Below the pieces are notes generated by a model. The model made no database searches. It saw only the letters and a list, made by a program, of their open reading frames with translations, and was not told where the DNA came from. Positions 48,990-60,026 of a DNA stretch of 64,000 bases are shown in pieces. A program made the translations under genes and the position numbers. The DNA comes from Candidatus Poribacteria bacterium (lineage in GTDB: Bacteria; Poribacteria; WGA-4E; JAJDTR01): the NCBI GenBank assembly GCA_965222225.1, contig CBDCTK010000002.1, positions 5,294,977-5,358,976 on the forward strand, given 5' to 3'. How positions within the stretch are numbered: position 1 is the stretch's first letter; each line of letters starts with the position of its first letter.

Positions 48990-49640
48990 ATGTTTGTGCA
49001 AACACATCATACTTTCCCGGTAGTCTTTCTGACCCTCTCGCTAATCTGGACATTCGGTTGTGAGATAAACGACTCGGTTGAACCTGACACGGAGCCGGCT
49101 GCAATTCCACGTGGTGTGGTGAGCATCACTGGGAATGGGCGAATAACCGTTGAGTGGTTCCCTAATGGCGAGCGGGATCTCGCCGGCTATAAAGTTTGGC
49201 GAAGTCATGACGACAGGGAATATGACTTATTGGCAGACCTTTCAGCCGACGCGTTTCGATATGTGGACGATGATGTGAGAAACGGCAGCACCTATTTCTA
49301 TGCGGTTTCGGCGTACGATTACGATGGCAACGAGAGCGAATTGAGTCCGGAACAGGTGTACGATGCGCCGCGGCCATCCGGAAATAGTATTACACTGGAT
49401 GATTTTGCCCTTGTCCCAGCCCGGAGCGGGTTTGATTTCTCGCGACCTGAGCGAGGGTCGATTCCATGGGATTCGCGTGCGGCGGATGTCTATTTTGGAT
49501 GGGACACACTGGTCAATGTTGCCTACCTGTATTCGGACAACTTAACCAAAATGCAGGACATGGGTTACCACAAGAAATTTAGCGAGGTTGATGTTTCACC
49601 ACAAGCGGGCTTTACGGGGGAGTTTGTTGAACTCATTTAA
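48990..49640 (+). CDS. Secreted fibronectin type III domain protein, possibly continued by a frameshift into 49588..49788
   Basis: FN3 signature GYKVWRS…YFYAVSAYDYDGNESELS. A GGGGG run at 49614-49618 coincides with the overlap to the downstream protein-like ORF (…SIVFYTPDGNYAKIRTTAVSDSYVTFDWAYQTD…). Confidence 0.6.
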   Translation: MFVQTHHTFPVVFLTLSLIWTFGCEINDSVEPDTEPAAIPRGVVSITGNGRITVEWFPNGERDLAGYKVWRSHDDREYDLLADLSADAFRYVDDDVRNGSTYFYAVSAYDYDGNESELSPEQVYDAPRPSGNSITLDDFALVPARSGFDFSRPERGSIPWDSRAADVYFGWDTLVNVAYLYSDNLTKMQDMGYHKKFSEVDVSPQAGFTGEFVELI

Positions 49641-49989
49641 GGGCACATCTATAGTGTTTTACACGCCTGACGGAAATTACGCAAAAATCCGCACGACTGC
49701 GGTTTCCGATAGCTACGTGACATTTGATTGGGCGTACCAGACCGATCGGAACAATCCTGAGTTAGCGCCGCCTGCTCCGAGAAACTAAATTCATTACGCA
49801 ATCTGAAATCTCATCTAGCATTACCTCTCGGTTGTGTTGTTTGTGCCAATTTTCAACCCCTCGCGGCCGATCCGCTTTGCGACATTAAAGTCAATGAGCG
49901 GTCAATATGTAGGGATAGGACGAAGATTTTCAGCGCGGATGCAACAAAAAGATAGCAAGAGGAAATCACCCGTTTCCCAGGAGATTGCG

Positions 49990-50775
49990 ATGTTGCATCC
50001 TACCGAAATCGTGCGATTGAGCCGCCAACGGATCGGGGCATCAGTTCTGGCTTGGCTTGCGTTGTGGTGTATACCGTGTGGTGCATCAACACACCTGTCA
50101 CTACTTGATGCAAAAGACTTGGAGCCGTTTCCGATTAGAATCGGAGAAATTCTGACTTATACGGTCAAAATTGCGGGCATATCTGCCGGAAAACAAGTTA
50201 CTAAGGTGGTTGAACAGACCACATTGGATGGACATGAAGTTTATCGTTTGACATCGGAATCACGGACGGACTCGCTGTTTGCAAAGTTTTACCATTTCCA
50301 AGATTTAAAAGAAAGTTACATTACGACAGATCAATTTTATCCTGTTCGATTCACGAAGAACCTTGAAGACCGTAGCTACCAGGCACGCGTCAAAGTCAAC
50401 TTTTTCTGTGAGGACGGTGCTACCGAGTATTCTAAGAATGAGGCCTGTAAGAAGATTAAGGCTCCGATTGGTACACAAGATGAGTTATCAATGGTTTATT
50501 TTGTCCGATCCAAAGATTTCAAAGTTGGGCAGACATATTCTTTTCCGGTATTGATAAAAGACGCCGTTCAAGATGTTGTTCTCACTGCCTATCGCCGCGA
50601 GGTGATAAAGACGGAAGCCCTTGGACGGGTGGAAACCATTGCATTGCGCACATCGCACGGTTATTTGATATGGTTGACCAACGACGAGCATCGTTTTCCT
50701 GTGCGTATTGAGGCGGAAACCCGCGCGGGTAGTAAATTAGTTGGAACACTTAAGAGCGTTGATTTTGCCGAGTAG
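49990..50775 (+). CDS. DUF3108-like protein
   Basis: Signal/TM segment followed by the …GEILTYTVKIAGISAGKQV… pattern recalled from the DUF3108 family. The start is inferred at MLHPTEIV. Confidence 0.5.
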   Translation: MLHPTEIVRLSRQRIGASVLAWLALWCIPCGASTHLSLLDAKDLEPFPIRIGEILTYTVKIAGISAGKQVTKVVEQTTLDGHEVYRLTSESRTDSLFAKFYHFQDLKESYITTDQFYPVRFTKNLEDRSYQARVKVNFFCEDGATEYSKNEACKKIKAPIGTQDELSMVYFVRSKDFKVGQTYSFPVLIKDAVQDVVLTAYRREVIKTEALGRVETIALRTSHGYLIWLTNDEHRFPVRIEAETRAGSKLVGTLKSVDFAE

Positions 50776-50784
50776 GTTGAGGGC

Positions 50785-53700
50785 GTGTTAGATTTGCTGC
50801 AACAAACAGATACTTATCAGAAGCTCATTGAGATTCTTACAAGTCATCTCCCGAGTTCCGAGACCAGATCAGTTACGAGCGGAAAAGAAAATTCGGTCCT
50901 ACCTTGGTTAACAGGAGTGCATGGACCATCCCTCTCCTACCTGCTGGCAGCGTTGGCGAAAGACGCTCCCGAAACGTCCTTTCTAGTTGTCCTGCCCTCC
51001 CTTCAAGAGGCCGAAAAAGTCGTTCAAGATTTACCGGCATACGGCTTTGAAGATGCCCAGTTTTTCCCCGACCTTCAGAATTTTCTATACGATGGCGTTG
51101 CCCCGTCAAAAAGAGTTACCGCGGAGCGAATGAATTGCCTCCATAGCCTTATGGGCGGAAAACGTACGATCGCCATTACTTCCGTAAAGGCATTGATGCA
51201 TAGAGTTCTCCCCAAGGCTATTCTGGAGTCGGCGTTTCTTCGGGTAAGTGTGGGAGATGAAATTAGTCCTGACAAGATTGTTGAGGTATTGGTGCATAGC
51301 GGCTATCAGCGGACTGATCTGGTTGAGGTCAAAGGGGAATTCGCCCGTAGAGGGGATATTTTGGACGTGTATCCGCTTGTTTCTGACGAACCAATCCGTA
51401 TCGAATTTTTTGGGGACGAAGTCGATATAATTCGCGTGTTCGATCCGACTTCGCAACGATCGGTTAAGGTACTGAAATCGGTTATGTTCAGTCCGATGCG
51501 TGAAATGCTGATTACCGACGAGGCGATTGAAGCATGGCGGACACAAGCGAATCAGCTTATAGAAGATGATACATCGACAAAGTTTCGGAGCGAAATTCAG
51601 GGAATTACGGAACGCTTGGAAAGCGGAATAAACCTGGATGGACTTGAAGCGTTACTTCCAATCCTATATCCGAACGCGAGCGTTCTTTCCGAATACCTGT
51701 CGGGCAGAATTGTCACACTTCTGGTTGAGCCGACGTGGCTTGAGCGCGAAGCCGATCGAATTGTTGAAGGAGCGAACGGATTGTATGAAAAGAGAAAAGC
51801 CTTAAATCAATTCATGGTGTCACCCGATCAGATGTTTGTTCCGTTTGAGACGCTAATGTCCGTACTCAAAACTCGACCGACTCTGCAAGTGTCTTCCTCG
51901 CCACTCCCCGAGGCCGGATCCGAAGAACCTTTAGATTTCGGTATGCAACCTCTCAGCCTTTATCGAGGCAACTATCAAGTGGTCATAGACCAAATAAAGG
52001 AATGGACTGACGCGGGCTACTTCGTCAACATCTTCTCCGAAACTCCGAAACAAGCAACGCGAATGCAAAGCATCCTAGGCGATCACGGTCTTCCCGATAC
52101 CCAGACGACTGTGAGTGTTGGTGGCATCAGTGAAGGTTTTCTGAATAAGTTCCTCAAGCTCGCTATTTTGTCCGAAGATGAGATATTTGGGCGGGAGCGT
52201 CGATTGCCTCAGCGTCATTCTACGTTCAAAGAAGGGGCGCCAATCCTTAGCCTCATCGATCTCAAAGAAGGCGACTATATAGTGCACGTTTCGCACGGAA
52301 TCGGGATTTACGAGGAGATGCGGCGCCTTGATATTGATGGAAAATCTCAGGATTTTCTGGTGTTGAAATATGCGGATGGCGACATACTGTACGTTCCAAC
52401 CTATCAAATCGACTTGGTGCAAAAATATATTGGCGGCGGGGGTGAAGAAAGACGTGGACCTCGGCTCGACAAGATCGGCGGAACTTCGTGGCAACGCAGG
52501 AAGGCACGCGTCAAAGCCTCGATTGAGCAAATGGCGGATGAACTTCTTCGCCTATACGCAATACGCGAATCCGGTGAAGGGCATTCATTTTCTGCTGATG
52601 TACCGTGGCAAGTCGAGTTTGAAGCCACGTTTCCCTTTGAGGAAACTCCCGATCAGTTGAAAGCCATTGAGGACGTTAAGGGTGATATGGAACGTGCCCG
52701 TCCTATGGATCGATTGGTCTGCGGTGATGTGGGGTACGGAAAAACGGAGGTCGCCCTTCGCTCGGCGTTCAAAGCCGTGATGGACGGGAAGCAGGTCGCT
52801 GTTCTTGTTCCAACGACTATTCTTGCGCTACAGCATTATAACACGTTTGTGGAGAGATTTAGTCCATTCCCTATTCAGGTCGAAATGCTGACGCGTTTTC
52901 GCACGGCAAAGGAGTTGGCAGCTGTCAAGCAGGGATTGGCTGAGAGCACGGTTGATATTGTGATTGGGACACATAGTTTGCTCTCCGATAACGTAGAGAT
53001 TCACGACCTTGGATTGCTCGTGGTTGACGAAGAGCATCGCTTTGGGGTCAAGCATAAGGAAAAGATTAAGCAACTCAAAAAGACGGTGGATGTCCTGACC
53101 CTGACAGCGACGCCAATACCACGCACATTGCACATGTCACTCGTCGGGATTCGTGATTTCAGCGTCATCAATACACCGCCCGAAAACCGCATGCCCATTA
53201 AGACCTACGTGATGGAGTATGACTCCGCCGTGATTCAGGACGCAATTCTGCGCGAGATGGAACGTGGCGGGCAAATCTTTTTTGTTCACAATCGTGTAGA
53301 AAGCATTGCAAGCATTGCGAAGTCCATCCGAGAGCTCGTTCCGCAAGCGCGAGTCGCCATCGGACATGGGCAGATGTCTGAGCGACAACTCGAAACGGTC
53401 ATGATCGATTTTGTTCAGTACAAGTACGATGTTTTGGTCTGCACCATGATTATCGAATCGGGACTGGACATTCCCAATGTCAACACGATTCTGATCAATC
53501 GCGCCGATGCTTTGGGGCTTGCTCAGCTCTATCAGTTGCGTGGGCGAGTTGGACGCGCACAACAGCAGGCTTACGGTTTCCTTTTCTATCCGCAAGGGCG
53601 AGTTATCACCGAAGGGGCGCAGAAACGGCTGCGGGTAATTGAGGAGTTCACGGAGCTTGGTTCTGGATTCAAAATTGCCCTCCGAGACCTTGACATTCGC

Positions 53701-54264
53701 GGTACCGGAAATATTCTCGGAGCGGAACAGCACGGTTACATCGCCACGATCGGCTATGAAATGTATTGTAAGCTGCTTAATGAAACGGTGAAGACCGTAT
53801 CCGGCGAGGAGGTCAAAGAGTCGGTTGAAACGCGAATTAACCTACCGGTTGAGGCGTATCTGCCGGATGAATATGTTCCGGATAGTCGTCAGAAAGTTTC
53901 TCTCTATAAGAAAATTGCTGGCATAGAGACGGCGACGCGCCGAGCAGACCTCGAAGCCGAGATAAATGACCGTTACGGAAAAATTCCGGAACCTGTCGAG
54001 ATATTGCTCGAAATTGCTCAATTGAAGCATCTGAGTAAAGAATTGGGTATTCAGACCATCGCCGCCGGTGATGAACAGATTAAGATTACATTTGACGATG
54101 CGAAGTCGCAGGTGGATCCGACACGGTTAATCCAACTTATTCGGCAAGATCGACGCCTCCGGCTCGCGCCCCCTGCGCGGTTGATGGTAAATATGCAGGG
54201 GCTGGCTGGAAAGACGCTAGTGTTGGCAGTCAAAGCGATTCTAAAGCGCCTGATTGAAAATTAA
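50785..54264 (+). CDS. mfd: Transcription-repair coupling factor
   Basis: 1159 aa. UvrB-homology N-terminal region, CarD/TRCF RNAP-interaction domain (…[14 protein letters not shown]…), superfamily-2 helicase motifs ([11 protein letters not shown]; DEEHRFG) and the C-terminal TRCF domain. Confidence 0.95.
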   Translation: MLDLLQQTDTYQKLIEILTSHLPSSETRSVTSGKENSVLPWLTGVHGPSLSYLLAALAKDAPETSFLVVLPSLQEAEKVVQDLPAYGFEDAQFFPDLQNFLYDGVAPSKRVTAERMNCLHSLMGGKRTIAITSVKALMHRVLPKAILESAFLRVSVGDEISPDKIVEVLVHSGYQRTDLVEVKGEFARRGDILDVYPLVSDEPIRIEFFGDEVDIIRVFDPTSQRSVKVLKSVMFSPMREMLITDEAIEAWRTQANQLIEDDTSTKFRSEIQGITERLESGINLDGLEALLPILYPNASVLSEYLSGRIVTLLVEPTWLEREADRIVEGANGLYEKRKALNQFMVSPDQMFVPFETLMSVLKTRPTLQVSSSPLPEAGSEEPLDFGMQPLSLYRGNYQVVIDQIKEWTDAGYFVNIFSETPKQATRMQSILGDHGLPDTQTTVSVGGISEGFLNKFLKLAILSEDEIFGRERRLPQRHSTFKEGAPILSLIDLKEGDYIVHVSHGIGIYEEMRRLDIDGKSQDFLVLKYADGDILYVPTYQIDLVQKYIGGGGEERRGPRLDKIGGTSWQRRKARVKASIEQMADELLRLYAIRESGEGHSFSADVPWQVEFEATFPFEETPDQLKAIEDVKGDMERARPMDRLVCGDVGYGKTEVALRSAFKAVMDGKQVAVLVPTTILALQHYNTFVERFSPFPIQVEMLTRFRTAKELAAVKQGLAESTVDIVIGTHSLLSDNVEIHDLGLLVVDEEHRFGVKHKEKIKQLKKTVDVLTLTATPIPRTLHMSLVGIRDFSVINTPPENRMPIKTYVMEYDSAVIQDAILREMERGGQIFFVHNRVESIASIAKSIRELVPQARVAIGHGQMSERQLETVMIDFVQYKYDVLVCTMIIESGLDIPNVNTILINRADALGLAQLYQLRGRVGRAQQQAYGFLFYPQGRVITEGAQKRLRVIEEFTELGSGFKIALRDLDIRGTGNILGAEQHGYIATIGYEMYCKLLNETVKTVSGEEVKESVETRINLPVEAYLPDEYVPDSRQKVSLYKKIAGIETATRRADLEAEINDRYGKIPEPVEILLEIAQLKHLSKELGIQTIAAGDEQIKITFDDAKSQVDPTRLIQLIRQDRRLRLAPPARLMVNMQGLAGKTLVLAVKAILKRLIEN

Positions 54265-54703
54265 ACTGTAGCGGCGTGTCTAAATCGGGTAAACGAACGA
54301 CCCAAACAGAATTTCCAGTCAACGCTCTTATCGCCTACGTTGGCATATAGTGCGAGAAGAAATAACCAATCGGTTTGATTTAAGACGAGCGGGAACCCGG
54401 TTGGAAACCTTCTGTTCATGAAAAACGTACTAATCCATGGTGAAAGTCTCTCAACATATACTTTTCTGTTGCTAGATTTGCCTAAATCTTGCACAAAGTT
54501 GCCGGACGACAACGAGGTATTTCAATTAAAGCATGCTAAACTTATGCAAGTCTTTGTGAATATTTGTAGGTTGGGCGTGCGCAAATGGATTATTCGCTTC
54601 GAGAGCCCAAAATGCGTAAGTCCTATGCCATATATTCTTAGCGAATAAACCAGTAAACTATCACACACTAAATCTATCCATAAAGGAAAAGGAGATACAT
54701 ATT

Positions 54704-55732
54704 ATGAAGAAGACTCTCTTGATGTCGGTTATGATTCTTGCGGTCTGCTTCTGTAGTTGGCAAATTGCGTTCTCGCACGGAGGAGACTCGGATCATGAGG
54801 TGGCAGATGAAGTAGATGAGAGCAAGGTAAGCATTGCCGAATATAGCTGGAATGGTGAACAATTCTCCGTCTCGTTGGCGGACCTCAATGCAAAGATTGA
54901 GGATTTGTCCTCATATCGCCAACGTAAACTGCGGGCGAGGGAAAGCAAGGAAGAATTTCTCACGGAACTCATTGAAGACAAGCTGAAAATCCTTGCCGCA
55001 GCGGAAAAACGGTATGACGAAGATCTGGAGCACCTTGAACAATGCGAGGACTATAAGCACCAGCTTATGGTTGAAAGAATCTCTGAAGCGGAAGTCGATG
55101 AAAAAATCAACGTTACAGAGGAAGAGCTTATGCAATATTACGAGGAACACAAAAGTGAATCCACGTATATTGAAGAAGCGCGGTGCAAGGCGACCTGCAT
55201 CTCCGTGATAGATAAGGAGCTTGCGCAAACGACGTTTGATGAAATCAAAGCGGGTAAGGATATTCTTGAAGCGGCAAAGGAACTGGCTGAGAAGAATAAA
55301 CTCAAGGGGCCCGGAGCTGGAACGCGGTCCCCGGGGAACACAGGCAACTTTACAAAAGACGTTGCCCCGAGCTGGCAGCCCTTCATCGATGCGGTTTTCG
55401 AGCAAGAAATCGGCGAGATGACGGATACAATCCTTGAAATCGAAGTCGAGGGGACAACCTACTATCTAATCTTCCGAAAAGAAGAATACAAACCTGAGCG
55501 ACAGAAGGAGTTCGACGAAGTTCGAGAAAGAATTCAGCGGAGGGTTGAGCGTGAGAAAAAGCAGGAACGAATCAAGATCTGGATTGAGGAAATATCGGCG
55601 GCAAGCAAACTCAAAACATTCCCGGATCTTATTCCCGAACCTCCCGCTGATGAAACGGATCAACAAGAGGATGGAGGTAGCAACGCAGAGACCTCGGAAA
55701 ACGCAGAATCTACGGAATCAGACCAACAGTGA
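54704..55732 (+). CDS. SurA/PrsA-like periplasmic chaperone paralog 1 (SurA N-domain plus degenerate parvulin domain, acidic C-terminal tail)
   Basis: Signal peptide, SurA-N-like helical region, a parvulin-like segment (…KATCISVIDKELAQTTFDEIKAGKDILEAAKE…), then an E/D-rich tail. Confidence 0.6.
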   Translation: MKKTLLMSVMILAVCFCSWQIAFSHGGDSDHEVADEVDESKVSIAEYSWNGEQFSVSLADLNAKIEDLSSYRQRKLRARESKEEFLTELIEDKLKILAAAEKRYDEDLEHLEQCEDYKHQLMVERISEAEVDEKINVTEEELMQYYEEHKSESTYIEEARCKATCISVIDKELAQTTFDEIKAGKDILEAAKELAEKNKLKGPGAGTRSPGNTGNFTKDVAPSWQPFIDAVFEQEIGEMTDTILEIEVEGTTYYLIFRKEEYKPERQKEFDEVRERIQRRVEREKKQERIKIWIEEISAASKLKTFPDLIPEPPADETDQQEDGGSNAETSENAESTESDQQ

Positions 55733-55760
55733 TTTTTTCCCATATTTAGGAGGCGAAATT

Positions 55761-56807
55761 ATGAAAAGCCAGATGTCTGGGTTAGCAAGTTTAATGTTGA
55801 TTGGAATTGTTGCTACCTGTGTTGTGTTCAACGGATGCGGTGGCAGCGCGACCGCCGCTGAAGGGACAGTTATCGCGGAATTCGAGTGGGACGGAAAACA
55901 CCAAATCACCCTCGAAGAGATGATGCAAGAGATTGCTGAATTACCAGAGTACAAGCAGAAAAAGTACAAAGACAAAAGCGGACTTGAAGAATATATGACC
56001 TTGATGGCGGAAAGCCGCTTAATCCTCAGCCTCGCCAAGGACCGAAATCTCGACGAAGATGAAGAAATCCTGAAGAAAGTCAGAGATCATCTTCACAAAT
56101 TAATGGTCGATAAAATCACCGATACTGAAGTCGAGGAAAAACTCGTGTTAACGGAGGAAGATTATCGGCTCTACTACGAATCCAATAAAGAGGATTACAT
56201 TGATACGGAGAACGTTGAGTTGACATGTATTGCCCTCGATGACGAAGAGCGTGCCACGGAAATATTTGAGGAACTCAAAGGTGGTAGAGACATGATTGAA
56301 CTCGCCACGGAGTTGTCCGATCACGGTGACTTGGTGGGTCCCGGCTCTGACGCTCAGAATCCAGGCCAACCGGGCAAGATTCGCCGAGGCGCCTTTCCGG
56401 AAGGAACCGAGCCATTCGTGGATGCCGCTTTTGCGGCAGCGGTTGGTGAGTTTCATGATGGTGTAATCAAAATCACTGTTCGCGGCAAAAATTACTTCAT
56501 CATCTTCCGCAAAGACAAACATAATGAAGAACGGCAAAAGACATTCGACGAAGAAGGTGTCCGCAGCAATGTCGAACGAGCCGCTAAACGGCAAAAGCGC
56601 AAAGAACTCATGGCGCAATGGCTTACCCAACTTCGAGATCGGGCAAAGATTCAAATCCACAGTGAACTCATTCCCGAGACGCCGGCGGAAGAAGAAGAGG
56701 CCGAGGAAGAACAGGTGAACGAGGAAGATTCGACAGAGTCGGAGGAAAATCAGCAGGAGCTGGACGAAAGCATGGCGCCTAACGAAGAAGCCACGACGCC
56801 AGAGTAA
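55761..56807 (+). CDS. SurA/PrsA-like periplasmic chaperone paralog 2 (tandem paralog of 54704..55732)
   Basis: Lipoprotein-like signal (VVFNGCGG) and the same domain order and motifs (…ELTCIALDDEERATEIFEELKGGRDMIELATE…). The start at 55761 has an AGGAGG ribosome-binding site. The longest ORF begins at 55545. Confidence 0.6.
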   Translation: MKSQMSGLASLMLIGIVATCVVFNGCGGSATAAEGTVIAEFEWDGKHQITLEEMMQEIAELPEYKQKKYKDKSGLEEYMTLMAESRLILSLAKDRNLDEDEEILKKVRDHLHKLMVDKITDTEVEEKLVLTEEDYRLYYESNKEDYIDTENVELTCIALDDEERATEIFEELKGGRDMIELATELSDHGDLVGPGSDAQNPGQPGKIRRGAFPEGTEPFVDAAFAAAVGEFHDGVIKITVRGKNYFIIFRKDKHNEERQKTFDEEGVRSNVERAAKRQKRKELMAQWLTQLRDRAKIQIHSELIPETPAEEEEAEEEQVNEEDSTESEENQQELDESMAPNEEATTPE

Positions 56808-56954
56808 GCGCTGTGCATTGCTCACATTAACTCGGAACTACCACGGGTGAATCGACAAGCAGGTTTGCCGTTCAAGGGTTATAACAATCTCTTGAACGGC
56901 AGAATCTGGGAGTTTGTTTGAAACTTTATTTTGGGTAGAGTCATTTGCCTTGAA

Positions 56955-57003
56955 ATCAATCATGGGAATCGATAGTAATTGCGATAGAGCTCCTATAGAG
57001 ATT
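56955..57003. repeat. GCGATAG-family array, interrupted at its 3' end by the IS insertion
   Basis: aatcgatagtaat / tgcgatagagctcc / tatagagatt. Confidence 0.7.
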
Positions 57004-58252
57004 CGGAATTAGTAGCTTGTAGCTTTTAGACTGACGACAAACATAAAACTTGGTACCCTGTCGTAAATCTTTTCGTCGCACGTAGATGTCCATAGTGACT
57101 ATTCTTCTCGTAGGAGTTTGCTATGGACATTTTGAATCTTATGAAAGAGTTTCCAAATCAAGAATCTTGTCTCAGATTTATAGAGGAAAAACGTTGGAAG
57201 GACGGTGTTTGCTGTATCCACTGTGGCAGTGAAAAAGTTGGACGCAAGAACAGAAACGACATTACTACTGGTTGGAATTGCTACGATTGTGAATCTAGCT
57301 TTTCGGCTACAGCAGGAACCATCTTCCATGGTACCAAGATACCTCTCCAGAAATGGTTTTTGGCTATCTCAATCCTTTCCAATGCCAAGAAAAACATATC
57401 GAGTTGTCAGCTTGCTCGTGACTTGGACATGAATCAAAAGTCCGCTTGGTATATGGCAATGCGCCTCCGTGAGAAAATGAGTGATAGTGATGAATTGCTG
57501 AAAGGGATAGTTGAAGCGGACGAAACCTATGTCGGCGGCAAACCCAGAGCAAAATCTAAGAGAGGTAGAGGCACAAATAAATCTCCCGTCATCGGCGTAG
57601 TCGAGAGAGGCGGTCGGGTGGTTGCTAAATTCATGAAGGTTCTATCTGGTGAAAATATCAGAGAATTCATCCTTAGCAATGTCTCACCCGATGAGTCTAT
57701 TCTTATGACTGATGAATTTCGCTCTTACAATAGTCTGGACGAAGATATCGAAAGACATGTTATCCATCACCAAGAGAGATATGTTTCTGAGGACGGCGTA
57801 ACTCACACCAATACCATCGAGTCGGTTTGGGCTTGTGTCAAGAGGTCATTCTACGGAACGCATCATCACTACAGCAAGAAGTGGCTGCCACTGTATATCA
57901 TGGAGTCTTGCTGGAAATATAATCGCAGAAAAGATGATGAGATTTTCATAAGATTTTTTGATGAATGCTTCACCTGAGCCACATGAATTGTTTGGCTATC
58001 GGTATATTCTGTCAACGACAGCATCATGGTATGATGTAAATCCCATAGTGTTGGAAATTAAAATCCCGCAGATAACCCGCAATGCTCCCGCGAGCATGTA
58101 CAAACGCTTGGTCAACATGATATGCCTCCATTTCTCTCTTATAGAGATGTATTTTAGTGTGAATCAAGATTCCGAACACTGTCTAAAGTTATTGTACATT
58201 AAGAAAAGAAAAGCAAGCAAATCAACCAAAAAGCAGTTAACTACTAAGTCCC
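57004..58252 (+). mobile_element. IS1595-family insertion sequence (1249 bp) with imperfect 23-bp terminal inverted repeats and an 8-bp target-site duplication TAGAGATT
   Basis: Left end CGGAATTAGTAGCTTGTAGCTTTT matches the reverse complement of the right end (GGGACTTAGTAGTTAACTGCTTTT) at about 17 of 23 positions. Direct repeats TAGAGATT at 56996-57003 and 58253-58260. An 8-bp duplication is typical of IS1595. Confidence 0.8.
57123..57977 (+). CDS. IS1595-family (ISXO2-like) DDE transposase
   Basis: N-terminal zinc ribbon (CIHCGS…CYDCES), then …QKWFLAI… and ADETYVGGK, characteristic of IS1595/ISXO2 transposases. 284 aa. Confidence 0.85.
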   Translation: MDILNLMKEFPNQESCLRFIEEKRWKDGVCCIHCGSEKVGRKNRNDITTGWNCYDCESSFSATAGTIFHGTKIPLQKWFLAISILSNAKKNISSCQLARDLDMNQKSAWYMAMRLREKMSDSDELLKGIVEADETYVGGKPRAKSKRGRGTNKSPVIGVVERGGRVVAKFMKVLSGENIREFILSNVSPDESILMTDEFRSYNSLDEDIERHVIHHQERYVSEDGVTHTNTIESVWACVKRSFYGTHHHYSKKWLPLYIMESCWKYNRRKDDEIFIRFFDECFT

Positions 58253-58278
58253 TAGAGATTTCCTCAAACGAGTGACTA

Positions 58279-58415
58279 GATCAATCGACTGAATAAAGAA
58301 CACGGTAGAAATCGCGCTGTAATAGGGTTCCCATAAAAATTTTCACCAGCCTTTGAAAGGCCCTGCGTGAGATCAAGCGAGCGGATAGCGATTCCCTAGG
58401 TGTATAGCAATACTA
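58279..58415. repeat. GATCAA/GCGATAG-family array, the continuation of the array split by the IS
   Basis: gatcaatcgactgaataaag … gatcaagcgagcggatagcgattccc. Confidence 0.7.
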
Positions 58416-58699
58416 AGTCACTTCACATCAAATTCCAGGCGGGGCGGCAAGTGTATAACAACTGAGGTAAGTGTTTGTGCCGTTTTCTTGGATAGCTCCC
58501 GCTGCCGACCCTTGGTTCCAGAGAATAAAACAGAGGAACGACATGCTGCACGGTGTCGGAAACCGCTGTCAACTATTTAAATGGTCAATCAACAAGGCCA
58601 GATAATCGAAATCTTCCCTGCTTTTGTTCAACGCTTGATTGGCGCTGTATGTTGTGCCGTTCGAATGTAAAGAGTCGAGCTAATACCTTATGAGAAATT

Positions 58700-60004
58700 A
58701 TGATGCTCTCTAGACAGATATTCCGCATAGTTTTCATCTCTATACTGATTGTGTGCGCGGTGGATTCGGCGCGATCACGCACATTCGATCAAATTATCGC
58801 CTATGTCAATGACGAAGTCATAACGAATTGGGAACTTGAAAACTTGGTGAAGCAGCGTGCCCTCGAACTTATCCAAATCCACAATTTTAGTAAGCGTGAA
58901 GCAGCCGAAAAAGCGCGACAAGAACGACATGAACTGCTGGATCGCTTGATTCGCCAGATGCTTCTTGTGGAAACAGCCCTGACCTTGAAGGTTGAAATTA
59001 CTAACGAAGAATTGGAGATGCATATCAAAACCTTCAAGCAACGAGCAAAGATCGAGACACAAGAAGAATTCGTCAAGCAATTGAAAGAGGAAGGTTATAC
59101 CCTAACCGGTTTCCGTGAACAGTCCAAGCGAAACCTGATGGCAGAACGACTTCTGGAAAGGCGAATTTTTCCAAGATTGCAGGTCAGGGATAGCGATGTC
59201 TTAAAGTTTTTTGAAGAAAACCGCGATCGATTTACAACCAAATCGGATAACCTGCAGCTGAGGCACATCCTTATTGCGTTTAAGCCCTCCGAAGCCGATC
59301 GAGAGGAGGCATTAAATAAGGCGGAGGTCGCTTTTCAAGCAGCTAAAGACGGAGCCGATTTCGAGGCGCTTGCAAAACGCTATTCTAAAGGGCAGCACGG
59401 GGACCTAAAGCCGGGGCCTGCGATCGAATTAACGATTGATGATGTCGATACACTCCCTAAGCCGTTTCGCGAATCGCTCCAAATGCTAAATGAAAACGAC
59501 ATTGGCGATCCGGTTGAAGACAAGAATGAAATCTTTATTTTCAAGATAGAACGCAAGACCGTCCAAACTGTTGAATTCCGCTATCTTGTCATCAGGTTAA
59601 CCGTGGGGGAAGAAGCTATCCAAGCTGCTCAAGAGCGCGCCGATCTTGTTTATCAGAAACTTATACAAGGGGAAGATTTCAATGCCTTGGCAAGCCGCTA
59701 CTCGGACGATACACAAACAAAAGCGAATGGCGGAGATCTCGGCAGTCATTCAATTAATAAGTTGGCTCCCGAAACGCGAAACGTAGTAGAAAAACTCGAA
59801 GTCGGAGAGTTTCAAGCCCCTGTCAAAATGAAGTTTGGCTTCCAAATCTTTAAAGTCGATGCTCGGACGCCGCCAGAATTGAACGATGTAGAAAAAGATC
59901 AAATCCGTTCGATGCTGCGTCAACAGAAATTCGAGGAAGAATGGAAAGTGTACACGGACATGCTGCTTGGGAACGCCTATGTAAAAATCAAACCCCTTGA
60001 CTAA
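58700..60004 (+). CDS. surA: Peptidyl-prolyl isomerase SurA-like chaperone with two parvulin (PpiC) domains
   Basis: Signal peptide, SurA N-terminal domain (FDQIIAYVNDEVITNWELE…) and two PpiC-type domains (…LQLRHILIAFKPSEAD…GDLKPGP…; …FRYLVIRLTV…GGDLGSHS…). 434 aa. Confidence 0.8.
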   Translation: MMLSRQIFRIVFISILIVCAVDSARSRTFDQIIAYVNDEVITNWELENLVKQRALELIQIHNFSKREAAEKARQERHELLDRLIRQMLLVETALTLKVEITNEELEMHIKTFKQRAKIETQEEFVKQLKEEGYTLTGFREQSKRNLMAERLLERRIFPRLQVRDSDVLKFFEENRDRFTTKSDNLQLRHILIAFKPSEADREEALNKAEVAFQAAKDGADFEALAKRYSKGQHGDLKPGPAIELTIDDVDTLPKPFRESLQMLNENDIGDPVEDKNEIFIFKIERKTVQTVEFRYLVIRLTVGEEAIQAAQERADLVYQKLIQGEDFNALASRYSDDTQTKANGGDLGSHSINKLAPETRNVVEKLEVGEFQAPVKMKFGFQIFKVDARTPPELNDVEKDQIRSMLRQQKFEEEWKVYTDMLLGNAYVKIKPLD

Positions 60005-60026
60005 GCGGTTTATTTTCTAAGTATTT

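Noticed and set aside
58658-58674. A possible solo copy of the MITE end (tgtaaagagtcgagcta) lies upstream of surA.
   Set aside because: Only 15 of 17 nt match and there is no partner inverted repeat nearby. It is mentioned inside the MITE finding but not called as a feature.
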